In this document: positions 46,180-61,076 of the stretch, one piece after another
How the letters are laid out: each line of letters begins with the position of its first letter
Numbering within the stretch: position 1 is the stretch's first letter
NCBI RefSeq assembly: GCF_009914755.1
Contig: NC_060935.1
Length of the DNA stretch: 64,000 nt
Direction: 5' to 3' (one strand)
Source of the DNA: the human T2T-CHM13v2.0 reference genome, Homo sapiens
Made by a program: the position numbers and the translations under genes
The notes under the pieces: generated by a model
The model's database searches: none
What the model saw: the letters and a program-made list of their open reading frames with translations, nothing else
Told to the model about the DNA's origin: nothing

Positions 46180-47174
46180 AACAGAAGGCAGACTATTTGG
46201 CCCCCATGAGATGAAGATATAGCATGATCTCTGTCTCTCTCTTCTAAAGTCAGCCCTAGATAAGCTCTGAAGCTGGGTTTCTATGAATCAACAAAACCAT
46301 TAGAAGTTTGAGAAGTTCTGGCAGGAGGTTGTTCAGTTGTCTGAAGCAGCGTGTTTGTGGCGGGGTTGGTGGAGGGGTGGTGGCATTGTTGGCCATAACC
46401 TCAGTGTATTAGAGAGCTGTTTAAATTCTGTGCTCACTTATCTTCTTCATCTCTGTGGGACTATATCACCTGTTACTTCAACACAGAAATTGGCATGGCC
46501 CAGACTATATTTTGGGGTCAAGAGTACAGGGAATATTATCAGGTCAGAAGTTATTAGTCTGCTCATTTCAAAGCCCCAGGAGTTGTACATTATAATTTAG
46601 GAAAACTGCCTCATCCCAGTGCTACTTCTCTTTAAGGGTTTAATGGTAAATCTCGAATAAATCAGTTGTTTGGTAATATGTATGCAAACGGGAGTTATCG
46701 ACTATTTCATAGTCCCTGGAAACCATCTCTTTAAGGCTAATTCCTTCCCCACTCTTTGAACTCACCAAGACTATTGGACTAGGATCTGGCCTTTATAAAA
46801 TCCATTATCAGGTGGAGATTTTGATAACCCTGGAGAAATAGAAATCCACAGACAAAAAATAATTATAAACTGAAGAGTACAATTATGCTCAAAAAAAAGC
46901 ACTAAATTAGCGTACTAAACAGTATGTACTAACTGAAGCCAAATTATTAGAAGTAGGAATTCAAAACAAGAATGAAAATATATTTAGAGATAATTAAAAG
47001 TACAAGTTGAAACAAAAATCATCAAAAAGAGGTAGGAATATTTGATATAAAGTATAATCAATAAAGAACACAATAGATGGAATATTAAAATAGATCTTAA
47101 AAGATGAACAAAGATAGGCAGTTGGAAGAACAGAATGAGGATATCTTCCAGAATACAGTAAGAAGGAAGAGGAC

Positions 47175-47555
47175 TTAGATGGGAGATTTTTTATTATTGA
47201 TTCAATTTCCTCACTATTCATATTTTCTGTTTCCTCATGATTCAGTTCTAGGAGGTTGGATTTTTTTTGAAAATTATTCATTTCCTCTGGATTATCCAAT
47301 ATGCTAGTGTATAATTGTTTATAGTAGACTCTTACTAACCTTTGCATTGCTGTAGTACCAGTTGTGATGTCTCCTCTTTCATTTCTAATTTTATTTTTTT
47401 CTCTCTCTCTTTTTCTTAATCTAACCAAAGATTTGTTGATTTTTTTATCTTTAAAACAAACTCAGTTTTATTGATTTTTTCTATGTCTTTTCTGGTCTCT
47501 ATTTTATTTATTACTGCTCTGATCTTTATTATTTCCTTCCTTCTACTAACTTTGG
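47175..47555 (-). mobile_element. Old L1 ORF2 fragment
   Basis: ORF 46994-47428 contains KIRNERGDITTGTTAMQRLVRVYYKQLY, matching L1 ORF2p. Confidence 0.8.
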
Positions 47556-48255
47556 ACTATGACCATAGAACAAAAAGTTCATAGAATACAAGTTAGAGAA
47601 ATAGGAGAAAACATACACATATTGAATGTATGAATACCAAAGATAACGACAAATCTTTAAGCACATCTAGTGAGAAAGAGCCATTCATCTACCAAGGAAA
47701 TTATGCATAAAGGGAGAAGAATGAAATGCCAAAGTTCAATACCTTAACAAGGAAACATAGAACATTCTTCAGAAAAATAGTTATGTTTAAGTGTTATTTC
47801 TAGAGTAGCAAATTATTAGTCAAAATATCCAGTTTCATAGAAGACTGCAACAATCTTTGATGTCTTGGTATTTGAAAGACCCTTTTAGTAAGGAAAAAAC
47901 ATAAGTAGAAGATATATTTTTACACACTTCTCTGCCTGGATAGGAACATAAGAATGATATTTTGAATGTTCTCAATGTACCTATTTATCAGAACCTGCTT
48001 TATAACAGAAAATACTATGTGTTTTATGCAGTTGTAGAATATTTTCTCATTCTTATCTTTTTAAATCCTATTGGATTAATCTAATATTTCTTATTTATCT
48101 TCCCTGATAGTTCTTAAATTATATATTCTTTAATAATTCTCTTAGTAGTCATAATTGAGGTTTTATAGTCTACCTTAAATTAGGGCATTTATCACCTAAT
48201 TAGCAATATTAGAATCTTGTAAGAGTCTGACTCCAGGTTAGAAAAGAAATATTTT

Positions 48256-51200
48256 GGGTGGCTGGCAAGATGGCCGAATAAGAACAGCTCCGGTCTGCAG
48301 CTCCCAGCGAGACCAACGCAGAAGGTGGGTGATTTCTGCTTTTCCAACTGAGGTACCCAGTTCATCTCACTGGGAATGTTTAGACAGTGGGCGCAGCCCA
48401 CGGAAGGCAAGCAGAAGCAGGGTGGGGCATCACCTCACCCAGGAAGCACAAGGGGCTGGGGAACTAGCTAAGGGAAGCCATGAGGGACTGTGTCTTGAGG
48501 GACTGTGCTATCTGGCCCAGATACTACACTTTTTCCATGGTTTTTGCAACCCACAGACCAGGAGATTCCCTCGGATGCCTACACCACCAGGGCTCTGGGT
48601 TTCAAGCACAAAACTGGGCAGCTGTTTGGGCAGACACCAAGTTAGCTGCAGGAGTTTTTTTTCTTACCTCAGTGGCACCTGGAACCCCAGTGAGACAGAA
48701 CCATTCACCCCCCTGGAAAGGGGGCTGAAGCCAGGGAGCCAAGTGGTCTTGCTCAGCAGGTCCCACCCCCACAGAGCCCAGCAAGCTAAGTATCCACTGG
48801 CTCGGAATTCTCACTGCCAGCGCAGAAATCTGAAGTCGACCTGGTACACTCAAGGTTGGCGGGGAGGAGTGTCCGCTGTTACTGAGGCTTGAGTAGGCAG
48901 TTTTCCCCACAGAGTGTAAACAAAGTCTCCAGGATTTGGGACTGGGCGTAACCCACTGCAGTGCAGCGAAGCCACTGTGGTCAGAGGTCTCTAGATTCCT
49001 CCTCACTGGACAGGGCATCTCTAAAAGAAAGGCAGCAGCCCCAGTTAGGGGCTTATAGATAAACTCCCACCTCCCTGGGACAGAGCACTGGGGGAAGGGG
49101 GGACGTGGGCACAGTTTCAGCAGACATAAATGTTCCTGCCTGCTGACTCTGAAGAGAGCAGTGGATCTCCCAGCACAGCGTTCGAGCTCTGCTAAGGGAC
49201 AGACTATCTCCTCAAGTGGGTTCCTAACCCCCATGCCTCCTGACTGGGAGACACCTCCCAGCAGGGGTCGACAGACACTTTATACAGGAGAGCTCTGGCT
49301 GGCATCTGATGTGTGCCCCTCCAGGACAAAGCTTCCAGAGGAAGGAGCAGGCAGCAATCTTTGCTGTTCTGCAGCCTCTGCTGGTGATACCCAGGCAAAC
49401 AGGGTCTGGAGTGGACCTCCAGCAAACTCCAGCAGACCTGGAGAAGAGGGGCCTGACTGTTAGAAGGAAAACTAACAAACAGAAAGCAATAACATCAACA
49501 AAAAGGATGCCCATGCAAAAACCCCATCCAAAGGTCATCAGCATCAAAGATCAAAGGTAGATGAATTCACAAAGATGAGGAAAAGCCAGCGCAAAAATGC
49601 TGAAAATTCCAAAAACCAGAATGCCTCTTCTCTTCCAAAGGATTACAGCTCCTCGCCAGCAAGGGCACAAAACTGGATGGAGAATGAGTTTGATGAATTG
49701 ACAGAATTATGCTTCAGAAGGTGGGTAATAACAAACTCCTCCAAGCTAAAGGAGCATGTTCTAACCCAATGCAAAAAAGCTAAGAAACTTGACAAAGTTT
49801 ACAGGAACTGCTAACTAGAATAGCCAGTTTAGAGGAGAACATAAATGACCTGATGGAGCTGAAAAACACAGCACAAGAACTTCGTGAAGCATACACAGGT
49901 ATCAATAGTCGAATCAATCAAGTGGAAGAAAGGATATCAGAGATTGAAGATCAACAGAATGAAATAAAGTGTGAAGACAAGATTAGAGGAAAAAGAATAA
50001 AAAACAAACAAACAAACAAAGCCTCTAAAAAATGTGGGACTATGTGAAAAGACCAAATCTATGATTGATTGGTGTACCTGAAAGTGGTGGGGAGAATGGA
50101 ACCACACTGGAAAACACACTTTAGGATATCCAGGAGAACTTCCCCAATATAGCAAGACAGGACAACATTCAAATTCAGGAAATGCAGAGAACACCATTAA
50201 GGTACTCCTCAAGAAGAGCAACCCCAAAACACATAATTGTCAGACTCACCAAGGTTGAAATAAAGGAAAAAATGTTAAGGGCAGCCAGAGAGAAAGGTCA
50301 GGTTAACTACAGAGGGAAGCCCATCAGACTAACAGTGGATCTCTCTGCAGAAACCTTACAAGCCAGAAGAGAGTGGGGACCAATATTCAATACTCTTAAA
50401 GAAAAGAATTTTCAACCCAGAATTTCATATCCAGCCAAACTAAGCTACATAAGCGAAGGAGAAATAAAATCCTTTACAGACAAGCAAATGATGAGGGATT
50501 TTGTCAACATCAGGCCTGCCTTACAAGAGCTCCTGAAGGAAGCACTAAATATGCAAAGGAAAAACCGACACCAGCCACTGCAAAAACATACCAAAATATA
50601 AAGACTAATGACACTATGAAGAAACTGCATTAACTATTGTGCAAAATAACCAGCTAGCATCATGAGGACAGGATCAAAATCACACATAACAATATTAACA
50701 TTAAATGTAAGTGGGCTAAATGCCCCAATTAAAAGACACAGACTGGCAAATTGGATAAAGAGTCAAGACCCATCAGTGTGCTATATTCAGGAGACTCATC
50801 TCACGTGCAAAGACATACATAGGCTCAAAATAAAGGGATGGAGGAATATTTACCAAGCAAATGGAAAACAAAATAAAGCAGGGGTTGCAATCCTAGTCTG
50901 ATAAAACAGTCTTTAAACCAACAAAGATTAAAAAAGACAAGGAAGGGCATTATATAAGGGTAAAGGGACCAATGCAACAAGAAGAGCTAACTATTCTAAA
51001 TATATATACACCCAATACAGGAACACCCAGATTCATAAAGCGAGTTCTTAGAGACCTACAAAGAGACTTAGACTCCCACACCATAATAGTGGGAGACTTT
51101 AACACCCCACTGTCAATATTAGACAGATCAACGAGACAGAAAATTAACAAAGATATTCAGGACTTGAACTCAGCTCTGGACCAAGTGAACTTCATAGACA

Positions 51201-53755
51201 TCTGCAGAACTCTCCACCCCAAATCAACAGAATATACATTCTTCTCAGCACCATGTAGCACTTATTCTAAAATTGACCACATAATTGGAAGTAAAACACT
51301 CCTCAGCAAATGCACAAGGATGGAAATCATAACGAACAGCCTCTCAGAAAACAGTGCAATCAAATTAGAATTCAGGACTAAGAAACTCACTCAAAACCAC
51401 ACAACTACATGAAAATTGAACAACCTGCTCCTGAATGATTACTGCATAAATAACAAAGTCAAGGCAGAAATAAATAAGTTCTTTGAAACCAATGAGAACA
51501 AAGACACAATATACCAGAATCTCTGGGACACAGCTAAAGCAGTGTTTAGAGGGAAACTTATAGCACTAAATGCCCACATCAGAAAGCTGAAAAGATCTAA
51601 AATTGGCACCATAACATCACAATTAAAAGAACTAGAGAAGCAAGAGCAAAGAAATTCAAAGGCTAGCAGAAGACAAGAAATAACTACAATCGGAGCAGAA
51701 CTGAAGGAGATAGAGACACGAAAAACCCTTCAAAAAACCAATGAATCCAGGAGCTGGTTTTTTTGAAAAGATTAACAAAATAGGTAGACCACTAGCTAGA
51801 CTAATAGAGAAGAAAAGGGAGAAGAATCAAATAGACACAATAAAAAATGATAAAGGGGATATCACCACTGATCCCACAGAAACACAAACTACCATCAGAG
51901 AATACTATAAACACCTCTATGCAAATAAACTAGAAAATCTAGAAAAAATAGATAAATTCCTGGACACATACACCCTCCCAACACTAAACCAGGAAGAAGT
52001 CGAATCCCTGAATAGACCAATAACAAGTTCTGAAATTGAGGCAGTAATTAATAGCCTACCAACCAAAAAAAGCCCAGGACCAGATGGATTCACAGATGAA
52101 TTCTACCAGAGGTACAAAGAGGAGCTGGTACCATTCCTCCTGAAACTATTCCAAACAATTGAAAAGGAAGGACTCCACCCTAACTCATTTTATGAGGCCA
52201 GCATCATCCTGATGCCAAAAGCTGGCAGTGACATAACAACAACAACAACAAAAAGTTCAGGCCAATATCCCTGATGAACATCAATGTGAAAATCCACAAT
52301 AAAATACTGGCAAACTGAATCCAGCAGCACATCAAAAAGCTTATCCACCACGATCAAGTCAGCTTCATGTCTGGGATGCAAGACTGGTTCAACATATGCA
52401 AATCAATAAATGTAATCCATCGCATGAACAGAACCAATGACAAAAACCACATGATTATCTCAATAGATGTAGAAAAGGCCTTTGATAAAATTCAACACCC
52501 CTTTATGCTAAAACACTCAATAAACTAGGTATCAATGGAATATATCTCAAAATAATAAGAGCTATTTATGACAAGCCCATAACCAATGTCATACTGAATG
52601 GGCAAAAGCTGGAAGCATTTCCTTTGAAAACTGGCAAAGACAAGGATGCCCTCTCTCACCACTCCTATTCAACATAGTATTGGATATTCTGGCCAGGACG
52701 ATCAGGCAGGAGAAAGATATAAAGTGTATTCAAATAGGAAGAGAGGAAGTCAAACTGTCTCTGTTTGCAGATGACATGATTGCATATTTAGAAAACCCGA
52801 TTATCTCAGCCCCAAAACTCCTTAAGCTGATAAGCAACTTCAGCAATGTCTCAGGATACAAAATCAATGTGCAAAAATCACAAGCATTCCTATACACCAA
52901 TAACAGACAAACAGAGAGCCAAATCATGAGTGAACTCCCATTCACAATTGCTACAATGTGAATAAAATACCTAAGAACACAACTTAAAGGGATGTGAAGG
53001 ACCTCTTCAAGGAGAACTACAAACCACTGCTCAAGGAAATAAGAGAGGACACAAACAAATGGAAAAACATTCCATGCTCATGGATAGGAAGAATCAATAT
53101 TGCAAAAATGGCCATACCGTCCAAAGTAATTTATAAATTCAATGCTATTCTCATCAAGCCACCATTGACTTTCTTCACAGAATTAGAAAAAACTGTGTGA
53201 AATTTCATATGGAACTAAAAAAGAGCCCGTATAGCCAAAACAATCCTAAGCAAAAAGAACAAAGCTGGAGGCATCATGCTACCTGACTTCAAACTATACT
53301 ACAAGCCTACAGTAACCAAAACAGCATGGTACTGGTACCAAAACAGATATATAAACTAATGGAACAGAACAGAGACCTCAGAAATAACACCACACATCTA
53401 CAACCATCCGATCTTTGACAAACCTGACAAAAACAAGCAATGGAGAAATGATTCCCTATTTAATAAATGGAGCTGGGAAAACTGGCTAGCCATATGCAGA
53501 AAACAGAAACTGGACCCCTTCCTTACACCCCTTTATACAAAAATTAACTCAAGATGGATAAAAGACTTAAACATAAGACCTAAAACCATAAAAACTCTAG
53601 AATAAAACCTAGGCAATACCATTCAGGACATAGGCATAGGCAAAGACTTCATGACTAAAACACCAAAAGCAATTGCAACAAAAGTTAAAATTGACAAATC
53701 GGATCTAATTAAACTAAAGAGCTTCTGCACAGCAAAAGAAACTATCATCAGAGTG
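48256..53755 (+). mobile_element. LINE-1 (L1PA7-like) with 5'UTR, ORF1 (49575-50601, broken) and ORF2 (from 50662), truncated at 53755
   Basis: Starts GGGTGGCTGGCAAGATGGCCGAATAAGAACAGCTCC. ORF1 and ORF2 fragments appear in the track. Homology to the L1 at 1-3778 ends abruptly after actatcatcagagtg. Confidence 0.94.
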
Positions 53756-53948
53756 GGATGGTAAGGGTGGGAGGGTAAGAGTTGGAAGGGAAAGAGGGAT
53801 AAAAGACTGCACACTGGGTACAGTGTACACTGCTTGTGTGATGGGAGCGCCAAAACCTCAGAAATCACCACTAAAGAACTCATCCATGTAACCAAACACA
53901 ATCTGTTCTCCATAAATCTATTGAAATAAAAAATCAAAATTAAAAAAA
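53756..53948 (+). mobile_element. L1PB-type 3' end with polyA signal and tail
   Basis: gggataaaagactgcacactgggtacagtgtacactgc...cagaaatcaccactaaagaac, as I recall for L1PB 3'UTRs, and unlike the L1PA 3'UTR at 3550-3778. Confidence 0.8.
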
Positions 53949-54221
53949 TGTTGCCTTAGAGTCTATATTGTCTGATATTAGTATAGCCACTTCTGTCTTA
54001 TTTTGATTACTATTTGCATTGAATATTTTTCCATTCTTTCCCTTTCAACCTGTGCATGTTCTTAGATCTAAAGCGAGTGTCTTATATACAGTGTGTGGTT
54101 GGGTCTTGTTTTTTAAATCCATTCTGCTAATCTATGTCTTTCAATTGTAGAGTTTAATCTTTTTACATGTAAAGAAAATACAGATAGGAAGGATTTACTT
54201 TTGCCATTTAATTTGTTTTCT

Positions 54222-55170
54222 GTTTGTTTTTTGCTGCTATAACAGAAAGCTACAGCCTGAGTAATATATCTTTTAAAAAAAACTTATTTCTCACAGTTCT
54301 GAAGTCTAGGAATTCTAAGATCAAGGGGCCACATCTGGTGAGGGCATTCTTGCTGTGTCACATTATGATAAAAGGCATAACATGGTGAGAAAGTGGGTGT
54401 GTGAGACAGAGAGGAAATCAAGGCACACTAATTCTTTTTATCAGGGGCCTATTCCTGGAATGACTAATCAACTTTTATGATAATGGTATTAATCTAGTTG
54501 TGAGGGTAATGCCTTCATGATCTAATCCCCTTTTAGAGGCCTCACCTTCCAATACTGTTACATTGGCAAGTGAATTTCAAACATGGGTTTGGAGGAAACA
54601 TTCAAACCATAGCATTCAGCACCTGGCCTCCAAAAAACTTATGTTCTTCTCACATACAAATTACATTCATTCCATCCTAATAGCCTCAAAAGTCTTAACT
54701 TGTCCCAGCACCAACTCAAAAAGCTAAAGCCCAGAATCTCATCTAAATCAGATAAGGATGATACTCAAGGCATGATCCAACCAGAGGCAAATACTCACCT
54801 GTGAGCTTGTGAGATTAACAAATTATGTGCTTCTAAAATACAATACTGGGACAGGCATAGGATAGACATTCTCATTCCAAAGGGGAGAAATACAAAGACA
54901 GAAAGGGGTAACTGGTCCCCAATAAGTCCAAAACCCAACAGGGAAATTATTAAGTCTTAAAGTTGGAGAATAATCTCCTTTGACACCATTCTCGGCACAC
55001 TGGGTTTGGGTTATCAAGACCTCAAACATCCCCTCCAGTATGGCTTTGCTGGGCTCAATATACCCAGAAGCTTTCATAGATTGGACTCTCATGCCTGCAG
55101 CTCTCTCAGGCTGGTGTTGCATACTGACAGTGCTACAATTCTGTAGTCTTTGGTTGGCCCATTCCAAAGG
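54222..55170 (-). mobile_element. MaLR LTR (MSTC/MSTD-like, to 54614) plus MST internal sequence, nested in old L1M (about 53950-55860)
   Basis: tgctgctataacagaa ... cattcaaaccatagca terminus, then internal MaLR sequence (cataggatagacattctcattccaaaggggagaaat). Confidence 0.8.
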
Positions 55171-58100
55171 CTTTTAAACTGGTATGAATTTAACTTCAAT
55201 AACATACAATACCTCTACTCCTTTATAGTTCTGCCACTTTATGTTATTGACGTCATAAATTATATCTTTATGTATTGTGTACCAATGAACACAGATTTAT
55301 AATTATTTTATGCATTTTCCTGTAATCTGTATAAAATAAAAAGTGGAGTTACAATCCAAAATTATAATAACATCAGTTTTGATATTTGTCTATGTATTTA
55401 TCTTTACTAGACATCAGCATATTTCCATAAGGCTACAAGTAACTCTCTAGCATACTTTTATTTCGACTTAAAGAACTTCTTTTAGAATTTATTATCTGGC
55501 AGGTCTAGTGGTAATAAACTTACTCAGCTTTTATTTATCTGAAAATTTCTTACTTTTTCCCTCACTTTTGAATAACAGTTTTATCAGATACAGAATTCTC
55601 AGTGGACAGTTTTTTCTTTCCACTCTTTAAATATACTACCCCACTGTCTTCTTGCCTGCAAAGTTTCTGATGAGAAATCCACAGATAATGTTACAGAGTA
55701 TTTGTGTGTGTGTGCGCCAAGTTACATTTCTCTTGCTGCTTTCAAGAGTCTCTCTTTGTCTTTGGCTTTCAACAGTTTGATTATAATGTGTCTTAGTATG
55801 GATTTCTTTGGGTTAATCCTATATGGAGTTTATTGAGCTTCTGGATTGATAGATCCATGTCCTTGTCTCAGACCTGATCTTCTTCTAGCATCTCAGAGCA
55901 ACTCCAGGACTTTGCTCTGACTGCTTGCCTGAATCCCCAAACTCCCCAAAACTCCTGACTCTTCATATCCTACTGTATGGCCAACTCACATCAGCCTGCT
56001 GACGAAGCCCCACTTACCCTCCTCCTAACTGCCCTCCAAACGTTCTGGCCTCAGACAGCCTTGAAGGTACCATGGAAGGCACTATTATGCATAAAATAGA
56101 GGAGTTAGGCATAGAAGCAATATAGTCAGATGCCTTTAATTTACAGAAGAAAGAGGACTCAATTATATCAGCAACCTAAATCAAGGTGGAGGAAGACCCT
56201 GATTCATACGCTTTCAGTTATCAGGCCAGACACCATGTTGGCAGGTAAGTGAACCATGGAGTATGAATTGGGGGTCAGATATGAATTCTGAGTCATTTCC
56301 TTTCATTAGTTCAGTTCCTGCCACATGCCCACCATAGGGCATAACTTACTGAACTCTGTGAAAGGAGCCCCATAGCCCTGCTCCTATGGCTTTGCCTCCC
56401 CCGAGTCACCAGGATGTCAGTCTTTGAGGGTGAGATGGCTTTCTTCTGAGTCCCTCCCTCCAGCCTTATTCCAGCTTGCCAGCCTCCTGCCTTCCACACC
56501 CTCAGTGTGATGGTAGCACACCACCCTTGGGAGTGACGAGCATAGGGATGGGGGATTCCTGCAAGCCACCCCCAAACAGCAGTTCTCGAGCAGTTTCCAT
56601 GGCTGCAGCTTCAGCAGATCTCTCACTTGCCCTTCCCACTGCAGGCTGCTGGGACACTGACAAGTCAGGCTGGACAGGAGGGACTGGATGGTGTAGCTCC
56701 CTAGCTGTGACCTCTGCCTGTTCTCCCCTGCCTGAGAAAACCTTTGTGTAAAGCACATGAGAGTGATAATATTGACCTTTGGTTGATGTAAATTTATTAT
56801 AAAAGTGCTTCAGAAAGAATAGGAAGGGGTACTACCGAACATGATATTGTGGGATCCATTGTCTCTATATTCCCAGACCAAGAGTGATCCAGGCAGGCAC
56901 TCACCCTGTCTGCCAAAATTAAAAATGTTGTATGCTATGGCTGAGGACAGATCACTGAATACATTCTTTTTTCTTGTTTTCAACAGTAGCTCAGATCCCC
57001 TAGCCAGGGTAGATGTCAGAAATTTCAGGCTTCGAGAGCCACTCTCAGAGGTCACATGCCCAGGGAGGGCAGTGAGCTAGGGTCTACAGCTGATGCTCTG
57101 GTATGGGAAGGGAAAGAGCCTGGCAGTGGGGTGGCTGCAGGAGTGGCCTGATAAAGGTCAAATACCACTAAGGCTTAGATTTGGCTTGCATGTTGGAGTG
57201 GGCAGGAGATCAAGAACAGTTTCTTCTAGATGGCCTTTGGAGTCAGAGGCTCAGGTTCAGAGCAGACTATCTGGTTTTTCTTGGTGGGTGAGAAATTAGG
57301 ACATTCACTGAGATTTACTGTTGAGATTCAGTGAGACTAGACTCTGATGTACAATTCTGGGTTGCCACCGACTGAGGAAATATCTAGAGAATGCATAGAG
57401 ATTCCCAGAAGCTCAGGTGAAATGTCTAGAGAGGCTCTCCTAGTGTCTCTTTCCCGTTTCTAGAGTTCCCAACTCCTGGAGATTTGCTGACGACTCTGAA
57501 GTGCCCTTGTAGGTGTTCCAAACTTGTAGGAATAGGTAGTCTTCTGTAGGTTGTTGAGGAGTGAGGAGGTTGTGGAAAAAAGGAAGGAGAAAGCCTAGAG
57601 GGACTGGTCGGTGTTCTTGGGATATAACCTATTCTGCACCCAAGTCCAAGTCAGACAAAATTTCCCAAGCTGTAACACATTGTGACAGGAAATTTATCAA
57701 TCGTTTCCTGAGGCCTCAGACGGTGTAAACTCACAGATTACACTCTATTAGATGAGAAGGTCAAGAACTCCTTTATTTACACCACAGTGAGTGGAAGGAA
57801 CCAGGAACCAGGCAAGAGAATGATAGAGAACGTCATGCTCAGAGGAAGGGAAGGGAAAGCAGTGCCTGATACTGCCTTACTGATTATCTACCTTACTGAT
57901 TTTCTTAATGATTACTGATCATCAGGAAATTCTTTGATTAACTGCTATCAAGATTTCTACTGCTTGCCCTCCAAGGGTCTCACATGCTGCTGCCATTACT
58001 GCCTCTGCCTCCCTTTTCCTGCCCTCTTTTACTAGCAGTGCCCTTGCTGTCTTGTTCAATGAAGCCACTTCCTCACTGAATCCTGGTTGTGGGGTAAAAG

Positions 58101-60319
58101 AGGTAGAAAACTGCCTAAGAATAGTTCCTTTATCTCTATGGGGAGGCCATTTAAGATTAGAAGTTTCTTATCATTTAGACGTTCACTTGTCTGAATTTAA
58201 AGCAGGAACTTTGGGGGAGGTTTTCAATGCATCAGATAAGGAAATGACCTAGAAAACATTGCGCTGTGTTTCACAAAATTGTATGTATCTGGAAGAACAA
58301 CCACCCTGCCACCCCATTTCCCTGCATATGTAGCAACACATACACAACCACATCTCTGATTCCTCATTTATTTGGGGGATATAATAAAATGGAGTCCTCT
58401 TGCTATCCCTATTCAAACAGAGAGAATGACATAGAAATCTGTCTAAAATAGTAGTCTTCCCAACACAAAAAAAGAAAGAAAGAAAAAAGGTAGTAGATTC
58501 AAAACTTCAGCTCAGACTTTGTGAAGTCAATCACTGAGTATCAAATTACGGAGGTTTTGTTGCTTAAAAGTGTAGGACCCATGGCCTCATTCTTATGCCC
58601 CTGAACCTCTGGGCAGGCTTGAAGCAGGAGGATGAATAATTAGGACCAAGTAACATTAATTTCATCCTCATGGTTGATGGACTTATATTAGGTTCTAATT
58701 TACTCAGCAAAATATTTATCTCTGTAAATTGATGTTTGCATTTGGGATAAGCCAGTTTCCAACTGGATACCCCATGATGGAAGAGGCATTGTCTCACCTT
58801 GTATTGCTGGGAAGCTCTTATGAGGAACAGGAGTCCAAGAGCTGAAACCAATCCTTGCTCCTTGCACAATTTGGAGAGCTAAAGCCCATGCTAGCCTGTC
58901 CTCCTGAATAACATGCCCCCCATGTCTGCAGCAATGTTGATCAATTCCTTGCTTTGGAAGTAAAATTCCATGAGTTACTGAGTACCACTCTCATACTTCT
59001 GGGAAGTAGACAGGCCTTACCTTATTCCTGAGTTCATTCCTTCAACAAGTATATATTGGATGCCTGCCACCTGCTAGGTATTGAGAAGTGGCTTGAGGTA
59101 CTGAGAATACTACTTACAACAAAAGAGACAAGTGAAAACAATGGCGTTTTGAAGAAAGATTCAGAGACTTGGGGATAGAGGAACAAAGCTAGGACCTGGG
59201 TTATATCCACAAGAGGACCACCTGAGATAGATTTCACTTTCCTTCTCTTTCCATTGGACTGTGGAGTCATATTGAATGCGTAGTTTGCATTTTAGTTCTG
59301 CCTATGCCAGCTGCTCAGTAAGTCTGATACATTTATACATCCCTGAATGATAGTATTGTTGGAAATAGAGAAGCTGGGCCCACCTAGTTAAATTCTTTAC
59401 TGAGACCCATGTCATGAAAGCAGCATCATATTTGGGATAAAGCTCCTACAGTTTCTACTGTACCACTTATTAGACTTTACGAAAGTAACTTGACCTCCCT
59501 ATGCTTCATAAGCTTGTAGAAAAAATAAAATGGGATAATGTGCATAAGTGGCTCAGGTCAGCACTTGGCACAAGAAAATGCTCATTATCTATTTAATATT
59601 AAAACTATAATCATAATAAATTTTATTATATCAAGAAGGACAGTCGTTGAGTCCCAGGGAGTGACCTGTTGTAAATGAACGAGGGCTCGTGATAGAAATG
59701 AGATGTGCAGTTATAGCATTGAAGTGAATTATGAGCAAAATAAGACTAATCTTTTCCCTCAAATGTGCTTGCAAGAAGAGCACTTCAAAGGGGGAATTTT
59801 CAGGAAGTGTAGAAACTGAACTTGAAGAGGAGTATTTTGAACTGCTGCTGGACCAAACCCCTGAAACATACAGGCTTGTCCTCCCTTGAGGCAGAGGAGC
59901 AGCCAAGCGTAAGAAAGAGCCCGTAGGCCTGGCCCTAGATCCTTCCTGTGGGTTCAAAGCAGCTAATGCCTTGGAGTAGATGGTCAACACTTATCAGCCT
60001 GCGAATAGAAACCTGATTTCACAGATAGTATTGGAGAAAACATATTAACTTTCTGACCACCTCAGTAGAAAAAAAAATCTTTGCTTATATGTAGAGGTTA
60101 AATAAGTTATTGCAGAGGCAATAACTTGGACCCAGGAAACATGGGAGCCCAGTTTGGGAATTCAGGACCCACTGGAGAAGACGTCCAAGGTTTTTAACAG
60201 TGAGACATTATTGTAGAAGCTTACATTTCATGAGATGCAAGAACAGTTCCCGGCAAATTCTCACTGTTAACATAGTTAATGCAACAAGAAGAAGAGAGAA
60301 GAAACACTATGTTGGTTTT

Positions 60320-61076
60320 GTAACAAAAAGACTCAAACTCTGTAAAATATTTGAAGAGATTTATTCTGAGCCAATTATGAGTGACCATGGCCCATGACCC
60401 TGTCCTCAGGAGGTCCTGAGAACATGTATCCAAGGTGGTCGGGGTGCAGCTTGGTTTTATACATTTTAGGGAGACATGAGACTTCCATCAAATACATTTA
60501 AGAAATATAGTAGTTTGTTCCCAAAAGGCGGGACAGCTTAAAGTGGGGGCTTCCAGCTTATAGGTAGATTTAAAAATTTTATGGTTGACAATTGGTTAAG
60601 TTTATCTAAAGACCTGAGATCAATAGAAAGGAAATGTTTAGGTTAAGATAGAGGGTTGTGAAGACCAAGTTTTACTGTGCTGAGGAAGCGCTCATGAGAC
60701 TTCAGAGGGAGTAGGTTGTAAAATGTTTCTTGTTGGGCTTAAAAGGGTGCCTGGCTCTTAGATGATTGTTTCCTGGGTCTGCAAAGAACGAAAAAGTGGG
60801 GGAAAGGGGATTCTCTACAGAAAATGGATTATTCCCACAAGAGACAACCTTGTTGCAGGGTAATTTCAAGATAATGGCAAGAAAATATATTCGGGGTTAA
60901 AATATTTTGATTCCCTTCCTTATTTGTTATGTGACGTGCCAGAGTCAGTTTGGAAAGCAGGCCACAATATGTAGGGTTAAATAAAATCCCTCCTGTGAGA
61001 CTTCACGGTTCGTAGGGCACATTCCCCAAGCCCCTTGGCTAGGATTTGAGCAAGATAAAAAAATCAAAGTTCTCAG
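60320..61076 (-). mobile_element. MER4D/E-like ERV1 solo LTR
   Basis: caaactctgtaaaatatttgaagagatttattctgagcc ... aggaggtcctgagaacatg ... gagcaagataaaaaaatca. Confidence 0.82.

Noticed and set aside
48192-49560. Cluster of 70-212 aa ORFs on both strands
   Set aside because: These lie in a GC-rich L1PA7 5'UTR and are incidental frames.
56417-56758. Overlapping ORFs on both strands, including NCCLGVACRN
   Set aside because: Locally GC-richer sequence gives open frames. There is no splice architecture or recognisable domain; probably an old repeat.
58900-59015. Minus-strand ...EWYSV...QHCCRHGG after a ttcccag acceptor
   Set aside because: It has no Cys6/Cys7, an in-frame stop and no CN. CC codon pairs are frequent by chance.
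59780-59870. Plus-strand NCCWTKP followed by an out-of-frame TGA AAC
   Set aside because: It requires multiple frameshifts and stops; indistinguishable from chance.
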